From the NCBI RefSeq assembly GCF_902713615.1, contig NC_052151.1, forward strand, positions 121,581,927 through 121,645,926: a DNA stretch of 64,000 bases, in the 5' to 3' direction. The position numbers and the translations under genes are program-made. The notes below the pieces were generated by a model. That model saw only the letters and a list, made by a program, of their open reading frames with translations, was not told where the DNA came from and searched no databases. Within the stretch, counting starts at the first letter, position 1, and each line of letters starts with the position of its first letter. Positions 51,645-63,734 of the stretch are shown here, in pieces. The DNA is from Scyliorhinus canicula. Its lineage: Eukaryota.

Positions 51645-52847
51645 CGTTTTCTCGCATCCTCACCACTGGTTTTGATTTTCTCTCCTTCTGGTGCACAATT
51701 ATCCATATGCTAATTGAGGATGTAAAGAGACTGTCTGCTCCAAAGTCTCTTCCATGAAAGTAAGCTGCCAGGAAGTGTTCAGAACAATTCGGAGTTGACT
51801 CATTGTAATTTTTTCCTCCATCTGGCCTTTCCTTCACTAAACAACTAAGAAAATTTGCATCTTTTTAATCCTGGATGCCAAGAGCTATCTGATCTCTTAA
51901 CACAAATCCTGAATTTGTGCAAGCCAACTTTCTTGCCTTCCTCGCATACAGCTATTATTTACATAACCAACACTGACGCAGGGCTGTTATACTTCATGAG
52001 TTGCTGTGTAACTAAATGAGGAGTCCATAAATTTAACAAATAGAAACTGGGGGTTATTTCAAAATTCCCTTTACCAGTAACTTTAAAAAAAAAGAAACAG
52101 GACAGTGGGGATGGGAAAGGAGTATAATATTTCCTTGTCTTAGATCACAAATATTTATTTGCCTTAGATCAGAATTAATGTTAAAATTGACCAGTGAGAC
52201 AGGGACTGTGTATGCATCTGTGGTATCTTGACCACATAAAAGATAGTCAAACGTGTTGTGAAAATCCAATCTTCTTTACTTATAAAATTATCAAAATTAT
52301 ATACAGCATGGATACAGAAAGTAGCAGCAGTTAGAGCAGCAGCAGATTTGATGGGCTGAATGGCCTCCTCCTGCACTGTAGGGAGTCTATGATTCTAGGG
52401 CACTTCACTAAAACCTATATTGGCTTATATATATTTTTATTTTTAAAGAAGTGGGCGGCACAGTGGTTAGCTGTTACGGACACCTACTCAGCTCTCAACA
52501 GTGTTTAAGAGACTGGTTTCCATCTAAAAATCAGATTGGCAGAACAATAATGTGTGAAAATAAATTTTTTTTGTTCTAACTGAAACAAATAATGCTATAT
52601 TAGGGTTTTTGTTTCATATATGTGATGTGAGCATTGCTGGTATGGCCAATATTTATTGCCCATCCCTCACATTCTTGAACCCTAAGGGCCAATTTAACAT
52701 GTCCAATCCACCTACCCTGCACATCTTTGGGTTGAGTGACTGGGTGGACTTAATGATTATAAGTTTTAAGGCGATGGAAAGATTGATTCATTCCAGGAGC
52801 GACATCATAAGAAATAGGGCGTGGTTATTTTATAAAACAAGCTTTAT

Positions 52848-53152
52848 GGGCAGCACGGTGGGCAGCACTGTGGCTTCACAGCACCAGGCTCCCAGGTTCG
52901 ATTCTCTAATGGGTCACTGTCTGTGCGGAGTTCTTCCCATGTCTGCGTGGGTTTCCTCCGGGTGCTCCGGTTTCCTCCCACAGTCCAAAGATGTGCAGGT
53001 TAGGTGGATTGGCCATGATAAATTGCCCTTAGTATCTAAAAAAGGTTAGGAGGGGTTATTGGGTTACGGGGATAGGGTGGAAGTGAGGGCTTAGGTGGGT
53101 CGATGCAGACTCGATGGGCCGAATGGCCTCCTTCTGCACTTATGTTCTATGT
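52848..53152 (+). mobile_element. HE1 V-SINE
   Basis: Head, V-domain and tail ending tatgttctatg. Confidence 0.9.
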
Positions 53153-53193
53153 TTATTAAAACAAAAGAAAAACTATATTTAAACTTCAATCGT

Positions 53194-53419
53194 TTTTTTT
53201 TTTTTAAATTTAGATTACCCAATTATTTTTTCTATTAAGGGGCAATTTAGCGTGGCCAATCCACCTACTCTGCACATTTTTGGGTTGTGGGGGCGAAACC
53301 CACGCAGACACGGGGAGAATGTGCAAACTCCACACGGACAGTGACCCAGAGCCGGGATCGAACCTGGGACCTCAGCGCCGTGAGGCGGTTATGCTAACCA
53401 CTAGGCCACCGTGCTGCCC
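53194..53419 (-). mobile_element. Young poly(A)-tailed V-SINE variant with 14-bp TSD
   Basis: TSD taaacttcaatcgt at 53180-53193 and 53420-53433; poly(T) on + strand; CpGs retained. Confidence 0.92.
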
Positions 53420-53806
53420 TAAACTTCAATCGTAACAATAACAGATTACATGTAGTTTCTCAACTTTAGCGCACAAGTTCCCATTAATCAGCACTTCAAA
53501 TGAAAATGCAGCTCTCATTCTACGTACACATGCATGCAAAAATGATACTTGCATTTAAAAGCAATTTTCTGCTGTCAGTCAAGTTCCATTGGAACACTTT
53601 TCAAAAGTCTGTCGCTGGGACAGATGTCCATGACCTCTTTCTGTGGCTCCTTCTCCTCACCTGCTCAAAACAGGATTCTTTCTCTCTCCGAGCTCTGCCC
53701 CTCTCTCTGACAAAGATTCTATCTTGACTTGAACCTATTATCACTATCTTGGCTGTTTGATATCCCACCAACATTTATACAAAAGAATAAAACCACGCTA
53801 TTGATA

Positions 53807-56800
53807 GTTTTGCGAGTGAGGCGGCCGCATCGAGAAGAGCTCCCACCACAATTTCACGGGGGTTTCCCCGATCTTCCCCCAGACTATTATCGGCCTTTGG
53901 AGCCATCACGGGCAGCTAGCAGGGCCGGTTTAAAAACCGCCAAAGAACCCCACGCGGGTGTCGGGCGCTGAGGCGTTGGGCCCAGCGCGCTCGAAGGCCA
54001 GAGCAGCAGGGGCAGAGCCAAATGGAGGTCGAGGCGGCAAGCCCGATGTAGGTGAGGTGTCCCACATCGGATGGCTCCCAACTAGAATGTGGTAAGAAGG
54101 CTGAAGTCCGGTCCCAGGGGAACTCTGGAGGAATGTAAAAAAGAAGAGAAAGAAGTTTTAAAGAAGTTTGGTGAATGTTTCGTTTTTTCCCCTTTTTTGT
54201 GTGAAGGAAGAAAAATTGTTTTTCAAAAAAAGACAGATAGAAGAAGGACAGAAGGGTGAAAAGGGGAAAAAAGAAAGGAAAAACAATAAGCCGTTAAAGG
54301 ATGCGAAGAGCAGCGTCGAGGAAGGGAGGAAATGCGGGCTCGCCGTTGAATGACAGGATGAGCAAAAGTGCTGACAAGATGGCGGAAGCCGAACCGCATG
54401 GTGGGGCCGCACTACTTACGGTGGAGAAGATGACCGAGGTGATGGTGGTGGAGTTGGAAAAGCAGTTTGTGAGGCACTTGGAGGCCTTGAGGAAGGAGAC
54501 GGCGGTCGCATCTAAGTCATTGGTGGAGGAGGCAATCGCCCCGGTGAGGGTAGCTGTGGCAAAGACATCGGCCGAGGTGAGAGAGCAGGGTGAGAAGAAG
54601 ATGAAGGAAGTGGAGGAGGCCGTGTCATGACACAGTGACCAGTTCACCTCGATGGGGGACGAGCTGCGGAGGGTGGTGGAGGTGAACAGAGGACTCCGAG
54701 CAAAGCTCTAGGACTTGGAGAACCGCTCAAGGTGGCACAATTTGAGAATTGTGGGCTTGTCCGAAGGGACAGAGGCCAACAGAATACTTTGCTAAGAAGT
54801 TGGCGGAGCTGATGGGGGAGGGTGAAAACCCCTCCCAGTATGAGCCAGATCGAGCTCATCGGTCATTAAGGCCAAAGCCCAAAGTGAACGAGCCACCAAG
54901 ACCAGTAATTATCTGCTTCCATAAGTTCTGCATGAAGGAGGAGGTGTTAAGCTGGGCGGAGCAGAAGCGTGAGGTGCTGTGGGATGGTACTGCGGTTCGG
55001 ATCTACCAGGACTTGACTGTGGAGTTGGCAAAAAGACAAGTGGCGTTCGGGCGAGTGAAGGCGGCACTGTACAAAAAGGAGGTGCGATTTGGTATGGTAT
55101 ACCCGGCGAAGCTGAGGGTGTCGTATGATGCCAAAGACTTTTATTTCGAGACAGTGGAGGCGGCTGAGGCGTTTGTGAGGGCAGAAGGCTTGGGACAGAT
55201 GTGAGGAGCGGAGCTGGAAGAGAGACTGTGGACTGTGATTGGGGAGCTGGAAAATGTATAAATGCTACAACCTTTTTACTGATGTGTATTATAATCAACT
55301 TCTCTTTGCCTGTGTGTTCGCGCACCTGAAGGGGCTTAAGGCAGATGTGGTCATGCTTCAGGAAACACATCTACCGGTGGCAGATCAGGTAAGGCTAAGG
55401 AAGGGGTGGGTAGGGCAGGTGTTCCATTCGGGGCTGGATGCAAAAAATCGGGGGGTAGCGATCTTGGTGGGGAAGCGGGTGTCGTTTGAGGCGCTGAGCA
55501 TTGTTACAAACAACGGAGGTAGGTATGTGATGGTGAGTGGTAAGCTGCAGGGGGTGCGGGTGGTCTTGGTAAATGTGTATGTCCCGAATTGGGACAATGC
55601 GGAGTTTATGCGGCGCATGCTGGGCCAGATCCCGGATTTAGAGACAGTGGGCTTGATAACGGGGGGGACTTTAACACGGTGCTGGACCCGGCATTAAATC
55701 GCTCTAGGTCTAGGATGGGCAGGAAGCCGGCGGCGGCCAAGGTGCTAAGGGATTTTATGGACCAGATTTTTTTTGGGGGGGGGGGGGGGGTAGATCTGTG
55801 GAGGTTTGCGAGGCCGGGGGCCAGGGAATTTTCATTCTTCTCCCACGTCCATAAGGCCTACTCTCGGATTGACTTTTTTGTAATGAGCTGAGCGCTGATT
55901 CCGAGGGTAGAGGACACGGAGTACTCAGCGATAGTCATCTCTGACCATGCCCCAGACTGGGTGGACCTCGTGCTGGGGAGGAGAGGGACCAACGCCTGCT
56001 GTGGCGCTTGGAGGTGGGGCTGCTGGCGGACGAAGAGGTTAGAGGGCAGGTCCGGGGGTGCATAGAGAGGTACTTGGAGACCAACGATAACGGGGAGGTG
56101 GCTTGGGAGGTGTTGAAGGCGGTGGTCAGGGGAGAGCTGATCGCCATCAGGGCCCATAAAGGAGGGAAGGAGAGGAGAGAGAGGGAGAGGCTAGTGGGGG
56201 AGATGGTTAGGATAGACAGGAGGTACTCAGAGGCCCCGGAGGAAGGGCTACTCAGGGAGCAGCGCAGCCTTCAGGCAGAGTTTGACTTGTTGACCACCAG
56301 GAAGGCAGAGGTGCAGTGGAGGAAGGCGCAAGGGACGGTGTACGAGTATGGCGAGAAGGCCAGCAGGATGTTGGCACACCAGCTTAGGCAGCGGGAGGCA
56401 GCGAGGGAGATTGGGGGAGTGAGGGAAGGAGGGGGAGTACAGTGCGTAGTGCGGCGGGAATTAACCGGGTCTTCAGAGACTTCTATGAGGGACTGTATCG
56501 GTCTGAGCCCCCATCGGAGGAGGAGGGGATGGGTCATTTTCTGGACCGACTAAGGTTCCCGAGGGTAGGAGGAGGAGCGGGTGGTGGGGCTGGGGGCGCC
56601 GATTGGGTTGGAGGAACTGGTTAAGGGACTAGGGAGCATGCAGGCAGGGAAGACACTGGGGCCAGATGGGTTCCCGGTGGAATTCTACAGGAAATACGTG
56701 GACCTGTTGGGCCCGCTGCTGGTTAGGACTTTCAATGAGGCAAGGGAAGGGGGGGTCCTGCCCCCAACGATGTCTGGGGCACTGATCTCTCTGATCTTGA

Positions 56801-59609
56801 GGCGAGACAAGGACCCTTTGCAGTGCGGGTCGTATAGGCCGATTCTGCTTCTCAATGTAGATGCAAAACTGTTGGTAAAGATATTGGCCACAAGGATCGA
56901 GGACTCTGTCCCGGGGATTACACACGAGGATCAGACGGGTTTTATGAAAGGGAGGCAGCTGAATACCAATGTACGCAGGCTCCTAAATGTAATTATGATG
57001 CCGGCGGTGGAGGGTGAGGCAGAGGTAGCTATGGACGCGGAGAAGGCCTTCGATAGGTGGAGTGGGGATACCTGTGGGAGGTGCTGAGGAGGTTTGGGGA
57101 GGGGTTCATCAGCTGGATAAGGCTGCTGTAGGAGGCCACGGTGGCGAGTGTGGCCATGAACAGGAGGAGGTCGGAATATTTCCGCCTATACCGAGGAACG
57201 AGGCAGTGGTGCCCCTTATCCCCCCTGCTCTTCGCGCTGGCGACAGAGCCCCTGGCCATGGCCTTGAGGGAGTCTAGGAATTGGAGGGGGATGGTGCCGG
57301 GGGGGAGGGAAGAGGAACACCGGGTATCGTTGTATGCAGACGATCTGCTATTGTATGTGGCGCACCCGGTGGGGGGGAATGCTGGATGTGTTGAGGATCC
57401 TCAGGGAGTTTGGGTCTTTGTCCGGGTATAAGCTTAACATGGGGAAGAGTGAGCTGTTCGTGGTGCAGCCGGGAGACCAGGAGAGGGGGATTGGTGAGCC
57501 TCCGCTAAAAGGGGCAGAAGGGGTTTTAGATACCTGGGGGTGCAGGTGGCTAGAAGGTGGGGTCCCAGCATAAGCTCAACTTGATGGGGCTGGTGGAACA
57601 AATGGAGGAGGAGTTCAATAGATGGGATATGTTGCCGCTCTCCCTTGCGGGTAGGGTACAGTCCATTAAAATGACGGTGCTCCCGAGGTTTCTGTGTTTG
57701 TTTCAGTGCCTCCCCATCCTGATCCCTAAGGCCTTTTTCAAACGGGTTAACAGGAGTATCATGGGCTAAGAAGACCCCGAGGGTGAGAAGGGTGTTTTTG
57801 GAGCGGAGCAGGGACGGGACGGGACGGGACGGGACGGGACGGGGGGGGGGGGGGGGGGGGGGGCTGGCGTTGCTCAACCTCTGCGGGTATTACTGGGCTG
57901 CCAACGTGGCGATGGTACGTAAGTTGATATTGGAGGGGGAGGGGCCAGCTTGGAAGAGGTTGGAGATGGCGTCCTGTGTGGGCACGAGCCTGGGGGCACT
58001 GGTGACGGCACCGCTGCCGCTCCCTCCGATGAGGTACACTACAAGCCCGGTGATGGCGGCGACCCTCAAAATTTGGGGGCAATGGAGACGTCACAGGGGG
58101 TAGGTGGGGGCCTCGGTGTGGTCCCCGATACGCGAGAACCATCAGTTTGCTCCGGGGAAAATGGATGGGGGGTTCCGGAGCTGGTACAGGGCGGGTATTC
58201 GGAGGGTTGGGGACCTGTTCATCGACGGGAAGTTTGCGAGCCTTAGGGAACTGGAGGAGAAATTCGGGCTCCCCCCGGAAACACCTTCCGATATATGCAG
58301 GTAAGGGCGTTCGTTAGGCGTCAGGTGGTGGAGTTCCCTCTGCTACCGGCGCCCAGGGTCCAGGATAGGGTGTTGCCGGTGGTGTGGGTTGGAGAAGGTA
58401 GGATTTTGTCAATTTACCAGCTGATACAGGAGGAGGAGGAGGCTTTGGTGGAGGAGTTAAAAGGTAAGTGGGAGGAGGAACTGTGGATGCCGATCGATGA
58501 GGATATGTGGGCAACTGCCTTGGGAAGAGTGAATTCTTCCTCCTCTTGCGTCAGGCTTAGCCTTATACAATTTAAGCTACTGCACAGGGCGCATATGACC
58601 AGGGCAAGGCTGAGCCGGTTCTTTGGGAGTGAGCATAGGTGTGTGAGATGTTCGGGGCGCTTCTGCAAACCATACCCACATGTTCTGGGCATGCCCAGCA
58701 TTAGAGGAGTTCTGGAGGGGTTAAGTGAGGACGCTATCAAAGGTGGTGAACTCCAGGGTTAAACCAGGTTGGGGGCTTGCAATATTTGGGGTGTCAGGTG
58801 AACCGGGAATGCAGGAGGCGAAAGAGGCCGGTATCCTGGCCTTTGCCTCCCTGGTAGCCCGTGAAGGATTCTGCTTGAGTGGAAGGATGCGAGACCCCCA
58901 AGCGTGGAATCCTGGATTAATGACATGGCAGGATTTATTAACTTGGAGAGGATGAAATTTGCCTTAAGGGGATCGGTACAAGGGTTCTTCAGGCGGTGGC
59001 AACCGTTCCTAGACTTCCTGGCGGAGCGTTAGGGGATGGTCGGTAGCAGCAGCAACGTTGTTTATGTTTGGTTGGGGATCTATTATTGTTCATTGGTTAT
59101 GGTTCATTGTACATTGCATTGTTTAGTTGTTTACTTATTTTCGCTGTTTCACTGTTTTGTTCAGGGGTGGTGGTGGGGTGGGGGGGGGGGGGGGTTGTTT
59201 TTTCTTCTATTTCTATTTTTCTTTTCTGGTATTTATGATGTAAACATTTTGAATAAAAATATATTTTTTTAAAAAGAGAAGGTTAAGTTTGAACTGAGGG
59301 GAAGGAGGGAGGGGTTCTACAGTTCATGGGCATTATTCATTATGCACTTTCAAGAACTGGTTAAAATCGAACATTAGTTGGGGGGGAGGGTTGGGGGGAG
59401 AGGGGCTGTGTGTATTAAGGGTGACTATGGGTGATTCCTTTTTGTCATTTGTTTATGTAAACAGGCGGGCTAATGTTTGGGGTTTGGTGGGAGGATGGGA
59501 TTGTTGTTATTGATATGGGGTTTGACATATTTGTTACTGATTATTGTTTATTGTTGGTGGGTGTAAATTTCGGAGAAAATGTGAAAAAGGGGAATATAAA
59601 ATATTTTTA
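53807..59609 (+). mobile_element. Near full-length decayed L1-clade LINE plus an appended 3' end of a second L1 family; 18-bp TSD
   Basis: ORF1 54301-55204 (ENRSR..NLRIVGL, YQDLT, YPAKL). ORF2 ~55310-59032: MLQETH, GGDFN, YSRIDFF, ISDH, GPDGFPVEFY, DAEKAFD, YADD, C-terminal Cys/His knuckle; many stops and frameshifts. TSD aaaaccaYgctattgata at 53789-53806 and 59610-59627. Confidence 0.95.
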
Positions 59610-59939
59610 AAAACCATGCTATTGATATGCAACTAACCTCCCATTGATGGACAAAGAGGCCATCAGTCTCTGTATTGGGCCAATAGCTGGTGAGGCAGAC
59701 AGTAATGTCCCGAAGGACAATGGATCCTGAGTGACTCAACCTGGCTGAATAGGGGCAGTCTGCATATTCCCACTAATGGGTTTAAATCTGAATGAGACAA
59801 TCTAACTCAGGCCAGGCGTGGGCGTATCCCTGACTTTCGTGCTAGTATTGTTTCCCCTCAGTCTGTTAATCCCCAAATTGCCTGCGACATCTCTGACACG
59901 ACTTCTGGACCCAATTTCCTAATATCTCCCTCTTGGAAC

Positions 59940-60256
59940 ATTAGCACTGCCGCCTCACAGCACCAGGGACCCGGGTTCACTTCTGGCCTTGGGTGACTGT
60001 CTGTATGGGGATTGCACTGTCTTCCCATGTCTCCAGTTCTCCCCGGGTGTTCCAGTTTCCTCCCACAGTCCAAAGACATGCAGGTTAGGTGGATCGGTCA
60101 TGCTAAATTGCCTGTACATCTTTGGTTGGTGAGACCCACGCACACAGGGGAAGAATATGCAAACTCCACACGGACAGCGACTCGGGTCACGGATCAAACC
60201 GGGGTCCTTGGTGCCGTGAGGCAGCAGTGCTAACCACTGATCCACCATGCCACCCT
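59940..60256. mobile_element. Two V-SINE halves fused in inverted orientation
   Basis: + strand head/V-domain to ~60112, then a minus-strand copy with its head at ~60256. Confidence 0.7.
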
Positions 60257-60663
60257 GAGGGCAATATGTTAATTCCAAATGCTAGCTCAATCTAATCAAT
60301 ATAAGATATGTAAGCATTGATTATCAATAAGTTGCACAAAGATTCCTCCCAATTACCCAACTTTAAACAAAAAGGAAAATTGGAGAACGGGATGACCGTA
60401 GCCTGAAAACTGAATGAAAGTGATACTTCTTCTCAAAACACTTCAAAGTGCTGAATACACTTAATTTATTTGAAGTACAATGGGCTTGCATTCTACTGTG
60501 GAAGGAAACTTGCACAAAACGTTTGCTGAACAATAAACCTGTGACTGAGACAACATTATATCCTGATGCAAAGTAGAGCAGTCTTCTACAGTGACGAGGT
60601 GACGAAAGTGGCATTTCTTTCCAACCACCTATACCAAAATACACAAGTGGATACTGTATTTAC

Positions 60664-60765
60664 CTTGTTTGGACACTGCACTCTCTTATAGGTTTTCATC
60701 TCATGATTCCACTTGCGAAGCACTTCATGACTGAATGTAGGCAAACCAGGTCGCGTGTACTTTAA
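60664..60765 (-). CDS. ZNF512: ZNF512 coding exon ([34 protein letters not shown])
   Basis: 102 nt, phase 0/0, acceptor ttccctcag and donor gtaaat. Matches ZNF512 [19 protein letters not shown]...CPNQ; start of an atypical zinc finger. Confidence 0.93.
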
Positions 60766-61499
60766 CTGAGGGAAAGGAAAATGGCAAAAATTACACCATT
60801 TCAAAGACAAAACGTTTGTCTGACAAAAACAGACCAAAAACAGTTGTTGGAAAATGTTGTTGAAAAGACAAATTCTAGGAGATAAAATTCAGTGTGGTAG
60901 AACAAGACATTTCCACTTCTCGCACACAAATCTGAATTCAGCCCAACTTGATTTGATCAGTGTCTTTTTTCTCTGTTGACCATGACCCTCTGGGTCAAAG
61001 GACATACATAAAACGGCCAATAGTTGTAAATATTAGAAAAGTCAGACCCACAAGAGAGATTTGGAAAGAGATAAACTATGCATCCTATATTGAACTGGTT
61101 TTCCAGAAATTAAGACTCGCTGAAACAGAGTGGAGTTTGGCTCAGTGTCTGCTCTGACTGACCTTTAACTTAGCTTTGAATAACCTTAAGAAGTTCCCTG
61201 GGTACAAAGGTAGAACAGAGAAAGTAGAATCCATTCCCTCAATCTGACATCCCTTACTTGTTTTTTTATAAAATGTATCAAAAAAAATCAATGGAAAAGG
61301 CAGCTATGATTTTGATCAACTCAAGTTTTACAATCAAACATGAAGCCATCTATTTATTTTGTCAGCTATCCTTTGCATTTAATGCAAAAGTTGCAAAAAA
61401 CAAAAAAACTTTCTTACTTCACACCAAGGAATACACTTCAATGTCAATTATCTTTCTATAGGTATATGTCAATTTGATCTTACATACATGAATTTACTT

Positions 61500-62456
61500 T
61501 ACACAACTTTTTCCCCCCAATTAAGGGGCAATTTAGCGTGGCCAATCCACCTACCCTGCACATCCTTGGGTTGTGGGGGTGAAACCCACGCAGACACAGG
61601 GAGAATGTGCAAACTCCACATGGACAGTGACCCAGGGGCTGGGATTCGAACCCGGGTCCTCAGCGCCGTGAGGCAGCACTGCTAACCACTGTGCCACCGT
61701 GCTACCCTACTTTACACGTTTGTAGCACAAATCACAAATCTTATTGAATGAAATAATCTTCCAATTTACTCAAAACAGAATGGTGGTAAAACCTACCAGC
61801 AGCCATATTTCTTCAACCCCTTTATGCATCCTTAAAATAACGTTTAGATTTTATGCAAAGTACACAAGAATTTAAAAAATAAATTAGCAATACAATCCAT
61901 AACAGTTTAAGCCTCTAATTTCTCTTTTTTTCATAAATTTAGAGTACCCAATTCATTGTTTCTCCAACTAAGGGGGGTGGCCAATCCATCACCCTGCAGA
62001 TCTTTTGGTTGCGAGGGTGAGGCCCATGCAGACAAGGGGAGAATGTGCATACGAAAAGTGACCCAGGGCCAGGATTGAACCCGGGTCCTCAGCACCCTGA
62101 GACAGTAGTGCTAACCACTGCGCCATCGTACTGTCCGTGACCTCATAGAATCCCTACAGTGCAGAAGGAGGCCATTCGGCCCATCGAAGAACGAGCACCC
62201 TACTTAAGACCATGCCTCCATCCTATCCCCATTAATCCAGCCTAACTTTTTTGGATACGAAGGGGCAATTTAGCATGGCCTATCCACCTAACCTGTACAT
62301 CTTTGGACTGTGGGAGAAAACCGGAGCACCCAGAGGAAATCAATGCAGACGGGGAGAAAGTGCAGTCTCCGCACAGATAGTCACCAGAGGCTGGAATTGA
62401 ACCCGGGACCCTGGAGCGGTGAGGCAGCAGTGTTAACCACTGTGCCACCGTGCCGC
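61500..62456 (-). mobile_element. Cluster of three antisense V-SINEs (61500-61708, 61920-62135, 62145-62456)
   Basis: Two poly(A)-variant copies and one HE1 with a CR1-type tail. Confidence 0.85.
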
Positions 62457-62539
62457 TCTAGGGACCTCCACTTTCTGAATGATCTTCAGCTCTTTTGGAG
62501 TTCCTATTCTTCTTCTCAGTCCCATCCCCATCACAGCAT

Positions 62540-62922
62540 GCTTTAATAGTGGGACACTATCCTGGTTCTGGCCGGGAGGGGAAGGGGTGAGAGCAGAGGT
62601 ATGGGACATGGGTCGGACACGGTTGAGAGCCCTGTCAACCACAATGGATGGGAAACCGCGATTAAGGAAGAATGAAGACATGTCAGCAGCACGGATTTGT
62701 AAAGTGGCATCATCAGAACAGATCAGACACAAAGGAACTGGGAGAATGGTATAAGTGGGGTGTAATGAGCTGTTGTCAAGCTAGCTTTAGGAGTTGGTGG
62801 GCTTGTAATGGATACTAGTGGACAGTATATCCCCAGAAATTGAAATAGAAAGGTCAAGGAAGGGGTGGGAAGTGTCGAAGATGGACCATGTGAAGGTGAT
62901 AGAGGGGTGGAAATTGGAAGCA
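62540..62922 (-). mobile_element. Penelope-like element RT thumb/linker fragment
   Basis: LSTSIHYKPTNS, IPFSQFL, ICSDDATL...FFLNRGFP...ALNRVR motifs. Confidence 0.8.
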
Positions 62923-63207
62923 AATATTTAAAATTTAGTGTGTCCAATTCATTTTTTCCAATTAAGGGACAATTTAGTGTGGCCAATCTACCTACCCTGC
63001 ACATCTTTGGGGGCAAAACTAGGAGCCAATGCGGGTACCCTTAGCCACACCTCTTGTTTGGAGGAAAGGAGACATGTTAAAGGAGAAATTCTATGTACTA
63101 TACAGAGAAGAAAAAACTCAAACATCAAGCTATCTGGATGGGGAAATAAGGCTCCTGCCAAAGTATTTTCACATATGTTTTACTGCATAACGTTGGTGCA
63201 AGTCTTT

Positions 63208-63289
63208 ACTAAACTACGTGACCCCAGCAGCCTTAATTGGAGTGATTCACTAAACTACGTGACCCCAGCAGCCTTAATTGGAGTGATTC
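63208..63289. repeat. Perfect 41-bp tandem duplication
   Basis: actaaactacgtgaccccagcagccttaattggagtgattc x2. Confidence 0.95.
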
Positions 63290-63734
63290 TTTTATTCATA
63301 GAACACCTACAGTGATATTCGCCCTCTGATCCTTCGCCAGTTACCTATTACCATTCATTGTCTAGGTTCACACGTAGTAAATAGCCAAATACCAATGGGT
63401 CAAGTATCACTAAATCCTGGCATGTGTAGATCCATTTCCCTTTGAAAGAGACACCACTTTCAGAAGAGGATGAAGAAAAAAAGCAAACTTACTTCCTCTT
63501 CACTTCAGTACATTGAACATGAAATTATTTTCAAACAATGCCATAATAAACTTTTGAAATTTCAAAAAAAAAAACAGTAGTGGGAATTGGACGTGCAGGT
63601 TTAAAATCCTCATGTTCTTTATAAATATTCTGAGACTCATTAAAAGTGACAGTAGAAATTGAGGAAATTGTCGATCCTGTAACAATCGATCAAACCTATC
63701 TGGATAAATAACAAGTCCCAAGCCTTTTCCGCAC

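Noticed and set aside
57811-57864. (GGGAC)n plus long G-run as a functional G-quadruplex element
   Set aside because: Slippage expansion inside a dead L1; homopolymer lengths (also 27335, 28400, 47723) may be sequencing artefacts.
54301-59032. Active L1 or a domesticated L1TD1-like gene
   Set aside because: Multiple stops and frameshifts in both ORFs.
60700-60760. Second ZNF512/GTF3C2 similarity (GLP...W)
   Set aside because: Only GLP matches and the spacing to W differs; not significant.
10179-62456. tRNA genes (many A-box/B-box heads)
   Set aside because: Every head runs into a SINE body and tail; none has a tRNA 3' acceptor stem and terminator.
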